Below, one piece after another: positions 46,522-56,942 of a DNA stretch of 64,000 bases (within the stretch, counting starts at the first letter, position 1; the number at the start of each line of letters is the position of its first letter). This stretch comes from a virus (taxonomy: Duplodnaviria; Caudoviricetes): positions 128,001-192,000 of IMG/VR virus record IMGVR_UViG_3300020477_000013; one strand, 5' to 3'. Under the pieces are notes generated by a model, which was not told the origin of the DNA, ran no database searches, and was given only the letters and a program-made list of their open reading frames with translations. The position numbers and the translations under genes are program-made.

Positions 46522-46977
46522 ATGGATAATAAAAAGCCAGAGACTGTCATCGTTGCCTTGAGCGGAGGGTTTGACCCCCCCACCCCGGGGCACGTCTCGA
46601 TGATTCGAGATGCCAAGAATATTGGTGACGTCATTATTATCCTGAATAGCGATGGATGGTGCGACAAGGCACGGTGGTCGGGCAAGAGGTTCCTACCTTT
46701 TGAGACCAGGAAGAGGTGCTTGGAGCTAATCCCCGGGGTTGTGGGGGTCATTGAGGCAAAGGATGCCGATGGTACTGTATGCGAATCCTTACGTGAGCTC
46801 AAGCCGGACTTTTTTGGAAACGGCGGGAACCGTACGGTAAAGAATACTCCGGAGGTTGAGATGTGTAAGGATCTCGGAATTGGGATGTTGTGGTTCCTGG
46901 GTGATAATGTCAAGCAGGAGGATCATGACGTCCTTAAGGAGGCCGTGATGGAGGCCAACAGGGTGAGAGGCCTATAG
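46522..46977 (+). CDS. Cytidylyltransferase-like (RfaE2/RibL-type) protein
   Basis: SGGFDPPTPGH, LNSD, FGNGGNR; start moved to ATG 46522, downstream of the promoter. Confidence 0.75.
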   Translation: MDNKKPETVIVALSGGFDPPTPGHVSMIRDAKNIGDVIIILNSDGWCDKARWSGKRFLPFETRKRCLELIPGVVGVIEAKDADGTVCESLRELKPDFFGNGGNRTVKNTPEVEMCKDLGIGMLWFLGDNVKQEDHDVLKEAVMEANRVRGL

Positions 46978-47118
46978 TATGGGAGCAAATATGTTTTTTT
47001 TGTAATGGAGCTATGACGTTTTGTATTGGGGATTTTTAGTATCCCCGCATGTAAATTAATTTAGGTGAAAATGCATATGCAGAGTAACCGCTGTTCTTTT
47101 TAAAATAAAGCAATATTT

Positions 47119-47194
47119 GCCCTCGTAACTCAGCAGGCAGAGTAGCGGGCTTTTAACCCGAAAGTCGTAGGTTCGAAACCTACCGGGGGCACCA
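47119..47194 (+). tRNA. tRNA-Lys (anticodon UUU)
   Basis: CGGG-CTTTTAA-CCCG; GGTTCGAAACC; CCA. Confidence 0.93.
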
Positions 47195-47240
47195 AACACT
47201 TCTGTTCCAGGTATCAAAATGATATATCATGCCATGATAT

Positions 47241-47403
47241 GTCACGCCGAGGATGGAAGCCTTAAGGAACGACAATCCTAACTGTTGAGCTGCTACTCCA
47301 GTTAGACAAATCGTTCGCCGTTGCAGCGGAAACCGGAGCCTTGGCACAGCCACCCGGGCAAGCGGTGACGGGGGCATGCGCCGGTTAGCCCGGCGTGTCC
47401 CCC
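47241..47403 (+). ncRNA. Unassigned structured RNA candidate
   Basis: GC-rich non-coding stretch with nested stems and a terminal 14-bp hairpin. Confidence 0.45.
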
Positions 47404-47457
47404 TAGCTTGTTTGTTTAGAGACTAAGACATAAATTTTTAAAATTAGGAGTTTAACC

Positions 47458-47712
47458 ATGTCCGTAGGAAGACAATTACATAGGGCAGCTGTTGCCCACT
47501 TTGAATCCCAGAGGGAAGAAGCTATCGCTGTGCTTCAGCTTTACTTCACTTCGCCTAGTGCAGTTGGAGATCATCCAGGCCTCGTCGGCGATATCGTTGA
47601 ATGGACCTCAAAGATAGCTGAAGCAGAGGATGCCCTCAGGGTCTTGAGTACCATGTTCAGGTTTGAGGAAAATTCACAGGCACCCATGGGTAAATCCGAA
47701 CCAGGCTCCTGA
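47458..47712 (+). CDS. Hypothetical protein
   Basis: AGGAG RBS; AVGDHP motif. Confidence 0.65.
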   Translation: MSVGRQLHRAAVAHFESQREEAIAVLQLYFTSPSAVGDHPGLVGDIVEWTSKIAEAEDALRVLSTMFRFEENSQAPMGKSEPGS

Positions 47713-47724
47713 TAACCCAGATAT

Positions 47725-47800
<76 letters not shown>

Positions 47801-47860
47801 CATATTGATCTTGTACATTTATTCATTGTCTTTTAATTTTTCTTAGGAGGATTTTTTAAA

Positions 47861-48103
47861 TTGAATAGAATTTGGACTGCAGTTAGTACTAATCGTTCTA
47901 CCGGCCAGCGATGCCGCAATGTCTTCAACGGCGGGTTTGACTATGACGTGGCACTTAAGGAATTTAATGAAGAATTCCCAGGCCACATGCTAGAAGTGCT
48001 AGCACCTGGTACAGTGGAAATGAAAACGTTTAGTACCGGTAAATCGCGTAGTGGGCAATCCCTCCGTGTTAACCCTCTAAATGATATGCCTTCGGGATTT
48101 TAG
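47861..48103 (+). CDS. Hypothetical protein
   Basis: TTG start; AGGAGG RBS. Confidence 0.6.
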   Translation: MNRIWTAVSTNRSTGQRCRNVFNGGFDYDVALKEFNEEFPGHMLEVLAPGTVEMKTFSTGKSRSGQSLRVNPLNDMPSGF

Positions 48104-48111
48104 GAGAAAAT

Positions 48112-48585
48112 ATGAACAAGTTGGACAAGCTAAATTCTGCACTTACGGATGGTACCATGGACGTTGTGATGATCTATGAAGATCGTTGCGATGTATGGCA
48201 CTGTACGGATGAATACGTTGCGGAGGCAGTTGAGCAAACTAGCACCGCTGATGCACTGGCACAGCTAATTACACTGTCACCAGAAATAACGGATCAGTGG
48301 GGTAATCCCATCCTTGATAACATGCGTGATAGTGGTTATCTTGAGGATTATCAGCGTGGCGGCGGGACTTTTTGCGAACATGTTGCTAGTTCGATTCGCC
48401 AAAATTTTTATGAGGGTGATTGGCTAGAGTATAACACAGAAAAGTACGATCACAAACGTGGGTGTACAACCATTTCTGCTACTGTTAAGCTTCCTATGCG
48501 TGACGTTATTAAGCTTGATGAGGCTGCATTATCAGGGTGGACGCTACAGGTAACAACTGACCTAGGCAACCTGATTATTGAGTAA
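48112..48585 (+). CDS. Hypothetical protein
   Basis: AGGAGA RBS. Confidence 0.7.
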   Translation: MNKLDKLNSALTDGTMDVVMIYEDRCDVWHCTDEYVAEAVEQTSTADALAQLITLSPEITDQWGNPILDNMRDSGYLEDYQRGGGTFCEHVASSIRQNFYEGDWLEYNTEKYDHKRGCTTISATVKLPMRDVIKLDEAALSGWTLQVTTDLGNLIIE

Positions 48586-48589
48586 TCTT

Positions 48590-48618
48590 GTGCAAATCTC
48601 CTGCCTGTATGTTACAAT
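48590..48618 (+). promoter_or_regulatory. Promoter GTGCAAA-N16-TACAAT with inverted repeat around the -10
   Basis: Motif match; arms CTCCTGCCTGTATGT / ACATACAAGGCAAGGAG. Confidence 0.7.
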
Positions 48619-48642
48619 GTACATACAAGGCAAGGAGGCCAC

Positions 48643-49044
48643 ATGAGTAAGAAACTCTCGAAAGGTTGTTTAGTTCGTCTCGATCCGCAAGTGTGCTTCA
48701 CTAAGAAGCATGGTGGTGGTCTTCAATACCCTAGAACGAACTACCTAAATGATGAGCGCGGGACAGTCGAGAGTTCTCGGCCTGTGACACCCGAAGAGAC
48801 TAAGGCTTGGTATGCGTCTGACGCATCGAAAGGCATGAATAGTGCCGGCGAGTCGAAGCTGCCACCTCAGTCGGCCTATGTTCTCTTGCACCGTGATCGT
48901 ACATATCAAGTACTTCGTGCTCGATGTCGAGTCCGACTGGGCTGGGGTAATCCGACGCCTGGCTTGACTAAGATTCTTTGTACGCATACGGGTGAAGAGA
49001 CATACGTTAAGCGAGAGTTGCTTGAGGTTGTCTGTGAAGGATAA
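48643..49044 (+). CDS. Hypothetical protein (SH3-like)
   Basis: AAGGAGG RBS; LSKGCLVRL. Confidence 0.7.
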   Translation: MSKKLSKGCLVRLDPQVCFTKKHGGGLQYPRTNYLNDERGTVESSRPVTPEETKAWYASDASKGMNSAGESKLPPQSAYVLLHRDRTYQVLRARCRVRLGWGNPTPGLTKILCTHTGEETYVKRELLEVVCEG

Positions 49045-49222
49045 GTTGCTCAAGGTAATAGCATGGAGGTTGATATCTATCACTATAACTCTCATCATCC
49101 TGGCTGTCGTCATGGGTGATGTAGGGTCTGCAACTGGGATTACATTTTTTCTTCATGGATTTTTAACCGTATGTCATTTTGCATTTGAAAATTTATGGGA
49201 GAAATTTCATGAAAGAGGGTGA
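49034..49222 (+). CDS. DUF2061-like small membrane protein
   Basis: GTG start; KVIAWRLISI...FENLWEKF. Confidence 0.6.
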   Translation: MKDKLLKVIAWRLISITITLIILAVVMGDVGSATGITFFLHGFLTVCHFAFENLWEKFHERG

Positions 49223-49436
49223 TATCGTAAGGGTGAAAAACCCGACTAATCTTTGGCCTGAGGATAATGAAGAAAAGGCTCGATCTCTGTATCCGTGGAA
49301 GTTTGAGGTGGGGATTGTGACATGTACGAAACCATACGGGGGATTTCCAGGTAAAGAAGTTTATGTGCACTTCCCCAGCTATCCTGAAAAGACTATCTTA
49401 GCCGACGCCCTAATTGTTGTACATGAAGGTGGGTGA
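49209..49436 (+). CDS. MKVGDLV-family SH3/KOW-like protein
   Basis: MKEGDIVRVK. Confidence 0.7.
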   Translation: MKEGDIVRVKNPTNLWPEDNEEKARSLYPWKFEVGIVTCTKPYGGFPGKEVYVHFPSYPEKTILADALIVVHEGG

Positions 49437-49605
49437 TCTAGTTGTACCCCTCCGCACTAAAGAAGAGGCTGGTTTGGGGTTTGGGTTAATCATTGAATCA
49501 TATTTCAATGACTCAGACTTAACTGAGTATTTCTATGTTGCTTGGAAACATGAGGCCCAGTGGTGGTCTGAGCTTGAGCTTAAGGTAATTGATGAACCTG
49601 CTTGA
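49423..49605 (+). CDS. MKVGDLV-family SH3/KOW-like protein
   Basis: MKVGDLVVP...GFGLII. Confidence 0.7.
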   Translation: MKVGDLVVPLRTKEEAGLGFGLIIESYFNDSDLTEYFYVAWKHEAQWWSELELKVIDEPA

Positions 49606-49885
49606 ATTTGACGATAACGATTGGGATATATGGTCCGGCTGTGAATCTCCTCGCCCATTGAGGTGCGAGGTTGAATGTCTTACCGGCGACCCAATTACAG
49701 TAATCATCGATGGTGTAGATGTTATCATATGCGGAGATGAATCCGAGGTAGGAATTCTGGGCAATCACTTTTCCTATCATTCAGAGGGAATAGCAATGAT
49801 AGCTGTTCTGTCATTGGGACAGCCTAGCGTGCCGGCATGTATTAATGAACTACGAAATATTTTGTTGTCATTTGTGCAAACATGA
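49592..49885 (+). CDS. Hypothetical protein
   Basis: ORF track. Confidence 0.5.
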   Translation: MNLLEFDDNDWDIWSGCESPRPLRCEVECLTGDPITVIIDGVDVIICGDESEVGILGNHFSYHSEGIAMIAVLSLGQPSVPACINELRNILLSFVQT

Positions 49886-49902
49886 TAATATCGTATTATA
49901 AT
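49874..49902 (+). promoter_or_regulatory. Promoter GTGCAAA-N16-TATAAT
   Basis: Match to the recurrent motif. Confidence 0.7.
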
Positions 49903-49956
49903 ATACTTGTGGTTAGGGGAAATAGCCACTAAGATAACGGACTTGGAGCTTAGAAA

Positions 49957-50634
49957 GTGAAAGCTAGTGAACGTGACGCAATCATCGATGACCTTCTCCT
50001 TAAGCGCCCTGTAGGGCCGAAGGGCGTGAATCTTACATTCACTACGACGGAAGAGTACTGCTATGATACCGGCAGGTACCGCAATATTCAACGCTGTGAT
50101 ACGCCCCATTACGGTTACGACGTTGAAACGCTCTTTGACCTTGGCCTTCATGATAGCTCTAGCGTTTCAAAGTATGTCAGGGATCGATGGTTCGCCGGAA
50201 AGTCTTCTTGGGAAATTGGCCGAAGGAAGTCGACGATAACACGCCGCGCAAATCGCATCTGGGAACGTATCGGCCAGGGTGTTCGTCACATGAAGCGTGA
50301 GGGAGGCCGAGGTATCTACGCAGTCCGTCCCGCATATGGGGGAGACACGATTGCATACATCTTCGGTAGCAATCCCCAAGAGGCCATCAGCGTCGCTGCG
50401 ACGTTCATCCCTCCCACAGACGGTAGGAGCTACCGCGCGGATTTCAAAGAGCTTGGAGGCGTAGAGAAACTGCGGTCTTACAACGAGAAGCTCCAGAAGT
50501 ATCTACAGAATGAAGTCAAGCGTTGCGAAGAGCAGCTCAAGACTTATGAAAAAAAGATGAGTGACTGCACAAATCGGATGACAATGCTCAATGTTTTGGC
50601 CGGGCACCAGGTTGCTCTAGAAACTGATGTTTAA
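49957..50634 (+). CDS. Hypothetical protein with C-terminal coiled coil
   Basis: GTG start; GGAG RBS. Confidence 0.7.
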   Translation: MKASERDAIIDDLLLKRPVGPKGVNLTFTTTEEYCYDTGRYRNIQRCDTPHYGYDVETLFDLGLHDSSSVSKYVRDRWFAGKSSWEIGRRKSTITRRANRIWERIGQGVRHMKREGGRGIYAVRPAYGGDTIAYIFGSNPQEAISVAATFIPPTDGRSYRADFKELGGVEKLRSYNEKLQKYLQNEVKRCEEQLKTYEKKMSDCTNRMTMLNVLAGHQVALETDV

Positions 50635-50645
50635 TCACCATCTCT

Positions 50646-50674
50646 GTGCAAATATTTTCCCCATGTGATACTAT
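50646..50674 (+). promoter_or_regulatory. Promoter GTGCAAA-N16-TACTAT with inverted repeat around the -10
   Basis: Motif match; TTTTCCCCA (50655-63) / TGGGGAAAA (50686-94). Confidence 0.7.
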
Positions 50675-50739
50675 ATAAATGTTGGTGGGGAAAACCAACC
50701 CAGTATAACGAAGCTTTAACTTTCGACCAAGGAGATATC

Positions 50740-51495
50740 GTGAAGCTAAACGTTAAGAATAATGAGGTACCTTTTGGCACTAACATTCTTGAGGTAAAGG
50801 TACCCAAGCAATTGCGCAACAAGGTCAAGTCAGGCCTTGAGTACATTGACTGCGCACTGGGAGGTGAGGGCTTTACACCTTCAGCTGTCACATTCTTTAC
50901 AGGCACCCCGGGGTCAGGCAAGACCACGATGATGCTCAAGCTGGCAGATAGCCTGACTAAGCAGGGGGCCGTGGTCCTCTTCAACACTGCTGAGGAGAGT
51001 CTCTTCCAGGTCAAGCTGGTCGCTGAGCGACTCGGACTCCGAAACGGGTTCGTCGCCGGCCAGGAGAACCACATCCCTACGCTGCTTGAAAATTGTGACA
51101 AGCTTCGAGCCAAGCGTGGCAACAAGAAGAAGCCGTTCTTCCTCATCGTCGACAGTCTCCAGTGTATGGACGACGGTAAGTACAAGGATGGCCACGTTAA
51201 TCGAGCTTCTGCTGAACGTAGCCTAGGTATGATTACCGATTACTGTAAGGAGAATTTCTGTAACGCTGTCGTCATTGGACAGGTCAACAAATCCGGACAA
51301 ATGGCGGGTACCAATAAGCTTAAGCATATGGTTGACGCCATGATGGAATTGAGCGTTGAAGAGAAAGACCGCGACCTTGAGGGTTGCCGAGTTCTTCAGA
51401 CAACGAAAAATCGGTTTGGGGGATGTGGTCATACATTTTTCCTCCAGCTCAACCGCAGAGGGTTTACTGAGGTTGCTCGGGTTAGTGCTGCCTAG
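50740..51495 (+). CDS. RadA/Sms-like RecA-superfamily ATPase (no N-terminal zinc finger)
   Basis: GTPGSGKTT Walker A, LFNTAEES, LIVDSLQ, LKHMVDA, KNRFG; GTG 50740 with AAGGAGA RBS. Confidence 0.85.
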   Translation: MKLNVKNNEVPFGTNILEVKVPKQLRNKVKSGLEYIDCALGGEGFTPSAVTFFTGTPGSGKTTMMLKLADSLTKQGAVVLFNTAEESLFQVKLVAERLGLRNGFVAGQENHIPTLLENCDKLRAKRGNKKKPFFLIVDSLQCMDDGKYKDGHVNRASAERSLGMITDYCKENFCNAVVIGQVNKSGQMAGTNKLKHMVDAMMELSVEEKDRDLEGCRVLQTTKNRFGGCGHTFFLQLNRRGFTEVARVSAA

Positions 51496-51589
51496 GTAAG
51501 CTAGCTCAAATAGATGGGCTAGGAGTGGTTATTTACATTTACAAGTGTACGTGTGAACATAATAATAGTTAAGAAATTAAGGTGACATC

Positions 51590-52162
51590 ATGAAGGTAAT
51601 GTTTTTGCATGGGCTCGAGGGTAGCCCTGAGGGCCTAAAGGCAACTTATTTGTGTGAAAAATACAATGCGGTTGTACCGAAACTAGATATGAGCGAATTG
51701 ATTCGGCTCAAGGGGGATTCTAAAAACTGGAGCCTCGTTGATCGATATGATATCTTGTGGGCATCTAGGATTCCTCTCCGGCAAGTTCGTGAAGCTATAA
51801 CAGAGAATAAACCTGACATCATTGTTGGGTCTTCGATGGGCGGCGCGCTACTGGCGAAAATGATTATAGAAAATGCATGGTCAGGTCCATCAGTTTTTCT
51901 TGCGTCTGCTTCAAAAATGATGTTTGATATCTCGAAGGTTTCACCTGCAACAGGTAAGAAGTGCAGGTGGATCCACGGGTCCATGGATGATGTTGTACCC
52001 CTAGACGACAGTATCGACATCTCAAAGGCGTCTGGGGGTAGCCTAGAGGTAATTGATGACGACCATCGCCTAGAAAAAATTATTGAACTTGGCAGCCTAG
52101 ATGAAGCTATCATGCATGCAGGAAATTACGTTGAAAGAAGTCTGGAAAAAAATACTGGCTAA
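51590..52162 (+). CDS. Alpha/beta hydrolase (YqiA/UPF0227-like)
   Basis: FLHGLEGSP, GSSMGG, DDDHRL. Confidence 0.8.
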   Translation: MKVMFLHGLEGSPEGLKATYLCEKYNAVVPKLDMSELIRLKGDSKNWSLVDRYDILWASRIPLRQVREAITENKPDIIVGSSMGGALLAKMIIENAWSGPSVFLASASKMMFDISKVSPATGKKCRWIHGSMDDVVPLDDSIDISKASGGSLEVIDDDHRLEKIIELGSLDEAIMHAGNYVERSLEKNTG

Positions 52163-52263
52163 TCTGACATCATATGAATTTATGGTGTATACCTTCGCTG
52201 CCAATGTCACACTGTTGCTCATCTTTGCCCTGATGATCCAATATTGTTAGGAGGCATCATCTC

Positions 52264-52569
52264 GTGGGCTCTGAGTGGCGTTACATAACAGCATTGAGCT
52301 ACGGTGCCTGGTACATGTATGTAGTGGAGTGTGCTGATACTACTCTATATACCGGAATCACCAAGTGCATCGATAGAAGGCTACGAGAACATAATGGAAG
52401 TAATCGCGGGGCGAAGTATACACGCTCACGCCGGCCGGTAAAATTAGTGTATTACAAGCAGTATCAAGATCAGTCATCAGCTCTAAAGGCAGAGTCAAAA
52501 TTTAAGAAGATGACTAGATTTCAGAAACTACAAATAGTTAAGGGATTTTACAAAAATGGAAAAGACTGA
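52264..52569 (+). CDS. GIY-YIG nuclease family (UPF0213-like)
   Basis: YMYVVECADTTLYTGIT...RRLREHN...GAKYTRSRRPV...ALKAE; start uncertain. Confidence 0.88.
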   Translation: MGSEWRYITALSYGAWYMYVVECADTTLYTGITKCIDRRLREHNGSNRGAKYTRSRRPVKLVYYKQYQDQSSALKAESKFKKMTRFQKLQIVKGFYKNGKD

Positions 52570-52747
52570 CGTCAAGAATTTAATGCAGTTGAGGGAGTAT
52601 ATACGCAACTACTATCAGGAGTTGCCCAAGAAATATGTCGCAGGAAATGTCGAACATGACGTTGCATTTAGGGAAGTAACGACATTCTGTGCGACACTTA
52701 TCAATAGCTTAGACGATCTGCTCAAAGATCATGTAGATTTTACGTAG
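52556..52747 (+). CDS. Hypothetical protein
   Basis: ORF track. Confidence 0.5.
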   Translation: MEKTDVKNLMQLREYIRNYYQELPKKYVAGNVEHDVAFREVTTFCATLINSLDDLLKDHVDFT

Positions 52748-52756
52748 TAGATATCA

Positions 52757-53965
52757 ATGGATCATTCGAAGAAAACGGGTGTACTGCTGTGTTTGGATGA
52801 AGACCGTACCCTTGAATTCGAGGCCGGCCTAGAGTCCCTTATTCCAGGCTACAGGTACATTGATTGGAGAATAACACCCATCCTTAAGCCCTCACGATCT
52901 TGTGGGGAAGATGCTTTTAGGTGGGACCACACATGGAAAGCAAAGATAGGCTTGCATGATGAGTCTGTAATAACAGATTCCAGCATAGGAATAAAGACAA
53001 GAGACTATCTATCGAAGTATGCAGATGAATTTGGATGGCATCTTGTAACTAATTTAAAGCAAGAGTTTCCTGTACCATGGGATAACTCTTCTTTTTTTAT
53101 AACGCTATACAAGGGCCACAAGTCATGGGATAAATCGCTAATCCCTACCCCTCAGCGCACATGGAGTCACTCTGTTGGGGTAGGCACACCTAGGCGAATC
53201 GTTGGGGTAATGCAGGTAAAAAATTCAGAGCTAATAGTCGAGAAGACTATAGAGAATATTATGCCCTTACTTGACTGGCTTATCGTATTAGACAACGAGT
53301 CGTCTGATTCGACACCATCAATCGTACGAGAGATTGCCTCTCACGACCCGCGTATTCTGACAAAGGATATCCTCACGACAGAATCAGGTGCAAGGTATCT
53401 TCATTCGCTATGTGGAACAGACACAGTCATAGTTAAGGTTGATGCTGATGAAATTTGGAACCCTTTTTACGTAACATGGTTGCGGGATTACCTTTTGTGT
53501 GCTAATGTAGTTAACACATGCGAATTTGAAATTCCATCCGGCCAGATATACGTCAACGGAGTAGATTTAAACAATAATGTATGTACAGGTAAGCCTGAAT
53601 CGTGGAATGGCATGCATTATTTTGGAAATATTATAGCATGGCCTCAACAATCAGAAAGGCTGCACGGACCTAAGAAGAAGATCCGGGCAGGAACACGGTC
53701 TCAACCTGTTCAGCTGGGTGGGCCTAGGGGTTCCTACCCTATTTTGCATTTCCCATTTTTCCAGTTTTCCAAAGAAAAGACCTGGGGTAAGAAACTTGGT
53801 TGGGAACAGCACAAGGTTTCATATGTAGAGCCTGACCCCAAGAAATGGAAAGTTGAATCTCTGGATGAATTCGGCGTTACTTCCGTCATGTCACAATTGT
53901 TGGGGAATGAAAAAATGTGGGTCGTACCGGGTGAATTTATAAATGCAGCATTGGAGAGAGAATAG
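52757..53965 (+). CDS. Glycosyltransferase family 2-like domain protein
   Basis: IVGVMQVKNSE...IVLDNESSDST...KVDADE. Confidence 0.7.
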   Translation: MDHSKKTGVLLCLDEDRTLEFEAGLESLIPGYRYIDWRITPILKPSRSCGEDAFRWDHTWKAKIGLHDESVITDSSIGIKTRDYLSKYADEFGWHLVTNLKQEFPVPWDNSSFFITLYKGHKSWDKSLIPTPQRTWSHSVGVGTPRRIVGVMQVKNSELIVEKTIENIMPLLDWLIVLDNESSDSTPSIVREIASHDPRILTKDILTTESGARYLHSLCGTDTVIVKVDADEIWNPFYVTWLRDYLLCANVVNTCEFEIPSGQIYVNGVDLNNNVCTGKPESWNGMHYFGNIIAWPQQSERLHGPKKKIRAGTRSQPVQLGGPRGSYPILHFPFFQFSKEKTWGKKLGWEQHKVSYVEPDPKKWKVESLDEFGVTSVMSQLLGNEKMWVVPGEFINAALERE

Positions 53966-54202
53966 ATGAAGAACTATATAGCCTGCGGTGTAGCAGGTCT
54001 TGTCATGGGATTTTTGGTGAGCTGGTTTGTGATGACTGTTTGGGATGGGCTTATTCCTGCTCCACCCGAGAACGTTATTATCCGGCAGGCTCTTATGAGC
54101 CATTGTCAAGATACACCTGTGAGGGTATTATCCTGCCCCGGTCGGGTAGATACGTGTGTTTGTGGAAATCTTACAGAGAAGGATCTAAAGGGTGGAAAAT
54201 AA
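53966..54202 (+). CDS. Small membrane-anchored Cys-containing protein
   Basis: ORF track. Confidence 0.5.
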   Translation: MKNYIACGVAGLVMGFLVSWFVMTVWDGLIPAPPENVIIRQALMSHCQDTPVRVLSCPGRVDTCVCGNLTEKDLKGGK

Positions 54203-55703
54203 TATTTTAGACGCTGGCGCCGAAGAGTTTATAACTGAGCTTGCGGGTGTTTTTCATACGAGTCTTAAGGTTTTGCTAGGTGCCCGCAGGGATAGACAAC
54301 TACAATATGACAGCGGGCACCTACCTGATTTTCTGCAAGAGACAGAAGGTATTAGAAATTCAACATGGGAAGTTTCACCCGTACCTGAAGATATTCATGA
54401 TAGAAGGGTAGAGATCACAGGCCCACCTGATAGAAAAATGGTGATTAATGCACTCAATTCTGGTGCGAATGTCTTCATGGCTGATTTTGAGGATAGCATG
54501 TCGCCCACATGGGAGAATGTGCTAAGTGGTCAGCAAAATTTATATGACGCAGTTCGAGGCACTATAACTTATGAGCACCCCACAAAGGGGACATACAGAT
54601 TGTGCTCCAATCCCGCAGTTTTATTTGTCAGGCCTAGGGGGTTACACCTACCGGAGTCTCATTTTAAAGTAGGGGGAGAGGATGTACCAGCGTGCTTGTT
54701 CGACTTTGGTATTTTTATGTATAATAATGCCAGGTACCTTGTTGATAGTGGGCGCGCTCCGTATTTTTACCTGCCAAAGCTAGAGCATTATTTGGAGGCA
54801 AGGTGGTGGAACAGCGTATTCACCTGGACCCAGGAGAAATTAGGCATTGAGCCCGGTACGATCAAGGCAACAGTTTTGCTAGAGACCCTTCCTGCTGCAT
54901 TTCAAATGAATGAAATTCTTTATGAGCTTAAGGAGCACTCAGCAGGCTTGAATTGTGGTAGGTGGGACTACATCTTTAGCTATATTAAGACGCTGGGGGG
55001 TGATCCTTCATATGTGCTACCTGATAGGTCACAGGTTACGATGGAATCCTCTTTTATGACTGCGTATTCAAATTTGGTCGTTCACACATGTCATAAAAGA
55101 GGAATTCATGCCATGGGAGGAATGGCGGCTCAGATCCCCATTAGGGATGATGCTGCAGCAAATGCCTCAGCAATGGAAAAAGTTTACCAGGATAAGCGCA
55201 GAGAAGTCGCCGCCGGACATGACGGCACATGGGTAGCTCATCCTGGCCTTATATCCATAGCAAAAGATGTATTTAATGAATTCATGCCTGGTAAAAACCA
55301 AATATCTTTAAAGACAGAGTGCTCATGTTCACAGAGCGATTTGCTGCAACCGTCGCAGGGAACTATCACCCGACAGGGCCTACAGCAAAATGTTGATGTA
55401 GGTATTCGATATATTTCTGCATGGCTTAACGGGAATGGGTGCGTGCCTCTTTATAATTTAATGGAAGATGCAGCTACTGCAGAGATATCTCGCACGCAGA
55501 TTTGGCAATGGATAAAGCATGGTGCAACCCTGGACGACGGCACACCGGTTAGCCACGGTTTGCTGGAGGCAATTACAGGAAAAATTGTATGGGATAATCC
55601 ATCATTGAAAGATGGCGCAAATTTATTTTTAGACATGTGTTTAAATGAAACCGTGGTAGAGTTTTTAACCATACCTGCATATAAAAGGATTATGAATGGG
55701 TAA
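54192..55703 (+). CDS. aceB: Malate synthase A
   Basis: [57 protein letters not shown]. Confidence 0.96.
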   Translation: MENNILDAGAEEFITELAGVFHTSLKVLLGARRDRQLQYDSGHLPDFLQETEGIRNSTWEVSPVPEDIHDRRVEITGPPDRKMVINALNSGANVFMADFEDSMSPTWENVLSGQQNLYDAVRGTITYEHPTKGTYRLCSNPAVLFVRPRGLHLPESHFKVGGEDVPACLFDFGIFMYNNARYLVDSGRAPYFYLPKLEHYLEARWWNSVFTWTQEKLGIEPGTIKATVLLETLPAAFQMNEILYELKEHSAGLNCGRWDYIFSYIKTLGGDPSYVLPDRSQVTMESSFMTAYSNLVVHTCHKRGIHAMGGMAAQIPIRDDAAANASAMEKVYQDKRREVAAGHDGTWVAHPGLISIAKDVFNEFMPGKNQISLKTECSCSQSDLLQPSQGTITRQGLQQNVDVGIRYISAWLNGNGCVPLYNLMEDAATAEISRTQIWQWIKHGATLDDGTPVSHGLLEAITGKIVWDNPSLKDGANLFLDMCLNETVVEFLTIPAYKRIMNG

Positions 55704-56940
55704 TAATGATGATCGTTGGCATGGTATATCCAGGCCGTATTCTACAGAAGATGTTGTACGTTTGAGGGGATCACTTCCGGAACGTTATGTCCTTGCCGAA
55801 AGGACGTCAAAGAAACTATGGAGGCTGCTCAACGAAAAGGACTATACACATGCTATGGGTGCCGTTACAGGCAATCAAGCTATGCAGATGGTGAAGGGTG
55901 GCTTGCCGGCAATATACTGTTCGGGGTGGCAAGTTGCAGCTGATGCTAACGATTCACATGAAATGTATCCCGATCAAAGTCTTTATGCGGTCCACAGCGT
56001 TCCCATGCTAGTCCAAAAAATAAACAATGCTTTGAGGAGAGCAGACCAGGTTGAGTGGTCCGAGAATAGCTCATCTACGTCAAGGGACTGGTTTGTACCG
56101 ATCGTAGCAGATGCCGAAGCTGGGTTTGGGGGATCACTTAACGCGTTTGAATTAATGAAATCTATGATCAGGGCAGGTGCGGCGGGTGTACACTTTGAAG
56201 ATCAGTTAAGCTCTGCGAAAAAGTGCGGTCATCTCGGTGGTAAGGTCTTAGTGCCAGGCAGCGAATTTATCAAAAAACTAGTTGCGGCCCGCCTGGCTGC
56301 TGACGTGATGGGAACGGACACCATATTGATAGCAAGGACTGATGCCAATAGCGCAAAACTATTAACGTCAGACATAGATCCGGAAGATAAGCCATTCATT
56401 ACTTCAAGTGACAGGACGCCAGAGGGATTTTATCGAATCACCGGTGGTCTAGATCTAGCTATTTCTAGAGGGCTAAGATATGCACCCTACGCAGACCTAA
56501 TTTGGTGTGAGACTGGAAAGCCTGACTTAGAAGAAGCAAAGAGATTCGCAGATGCTATTCATGAGAAGTATCCTGGAAAACTGCTGGCGTACAATTGTTC
56601 ACCGAGCTTTAACTGGAAGAAAAATCTGGATGATGAAACAATAGCAAAGTTCCAACGTGAGCTAGGGAAGATGGGTTACAAGTTTCAATTCATTACCCTG
56701 GCTGGTTTTCATAATCTCAATTACCACATGTTTCAGTTAGCTCGAAATTATGAAGAAAAAGATATGACGGCATACTCTGAATTACAGGAGAGTGAATTTG
56801 AGGCAGAGGTTAATGGGTATACGGCAACTAAGCATCAGAGAGAAGTTGGGACCGGATACTTTGACGCGGTTGCTCAGGTGATATCAAGCGATTCATCTAC
56901 GCTAGCATTAAAAGAGTCAACAGAGGCGGAGCAGTTTTAG
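55696..56940 (+). CDS. aceA: Isocitrate lyase
   Basis: [59 protein letters not shown]. Confidence 0.97.
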   Translation: MGNNDDRWHGISRPYSTEDVVRLRGSLPERYVLAERTSKKLWRLLNEKDYTHAMGAVTGNQAMQMVKGGLPAIYCSGWQVAADANDSHEMYPDQSLYAVHSVPMLVQKINNALRRADQVEWSENSSSTSRDWFVPIVADAEAGFGGSLNAFELMKSMIRAGAAGVHFEDQLSSAKKCGHLGGKVLVPGSEFIKKLVAARLAADVMGTDTILIARTDANSAKLLTSDIDPEDKPFITSSDRTPEGFYRITGGLDLAISRGLRYAPYADLIWCETGKPDLEEAKRFADAIHEKYPGKLLAYNCSPSFNWKKNLDDETIAKFQRELGKMGYKFQFITLAGFHNLNYHMFQLARNYEEKDMTAYSELQESEFEAEVNGYTATKHQREVGTGYFDAVAQVISSDSSTLALKESTEAEQF

Positions 56941-56942
56941 AA

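Noticed and set aside
52264-52569. GIY-YIG as a homing endonuclease or intron ORF
   Set aside because: Short stand-alone UPF0213-type domain with no DNA-binding extension, no interrupted host gene and no group I intron core nearby.
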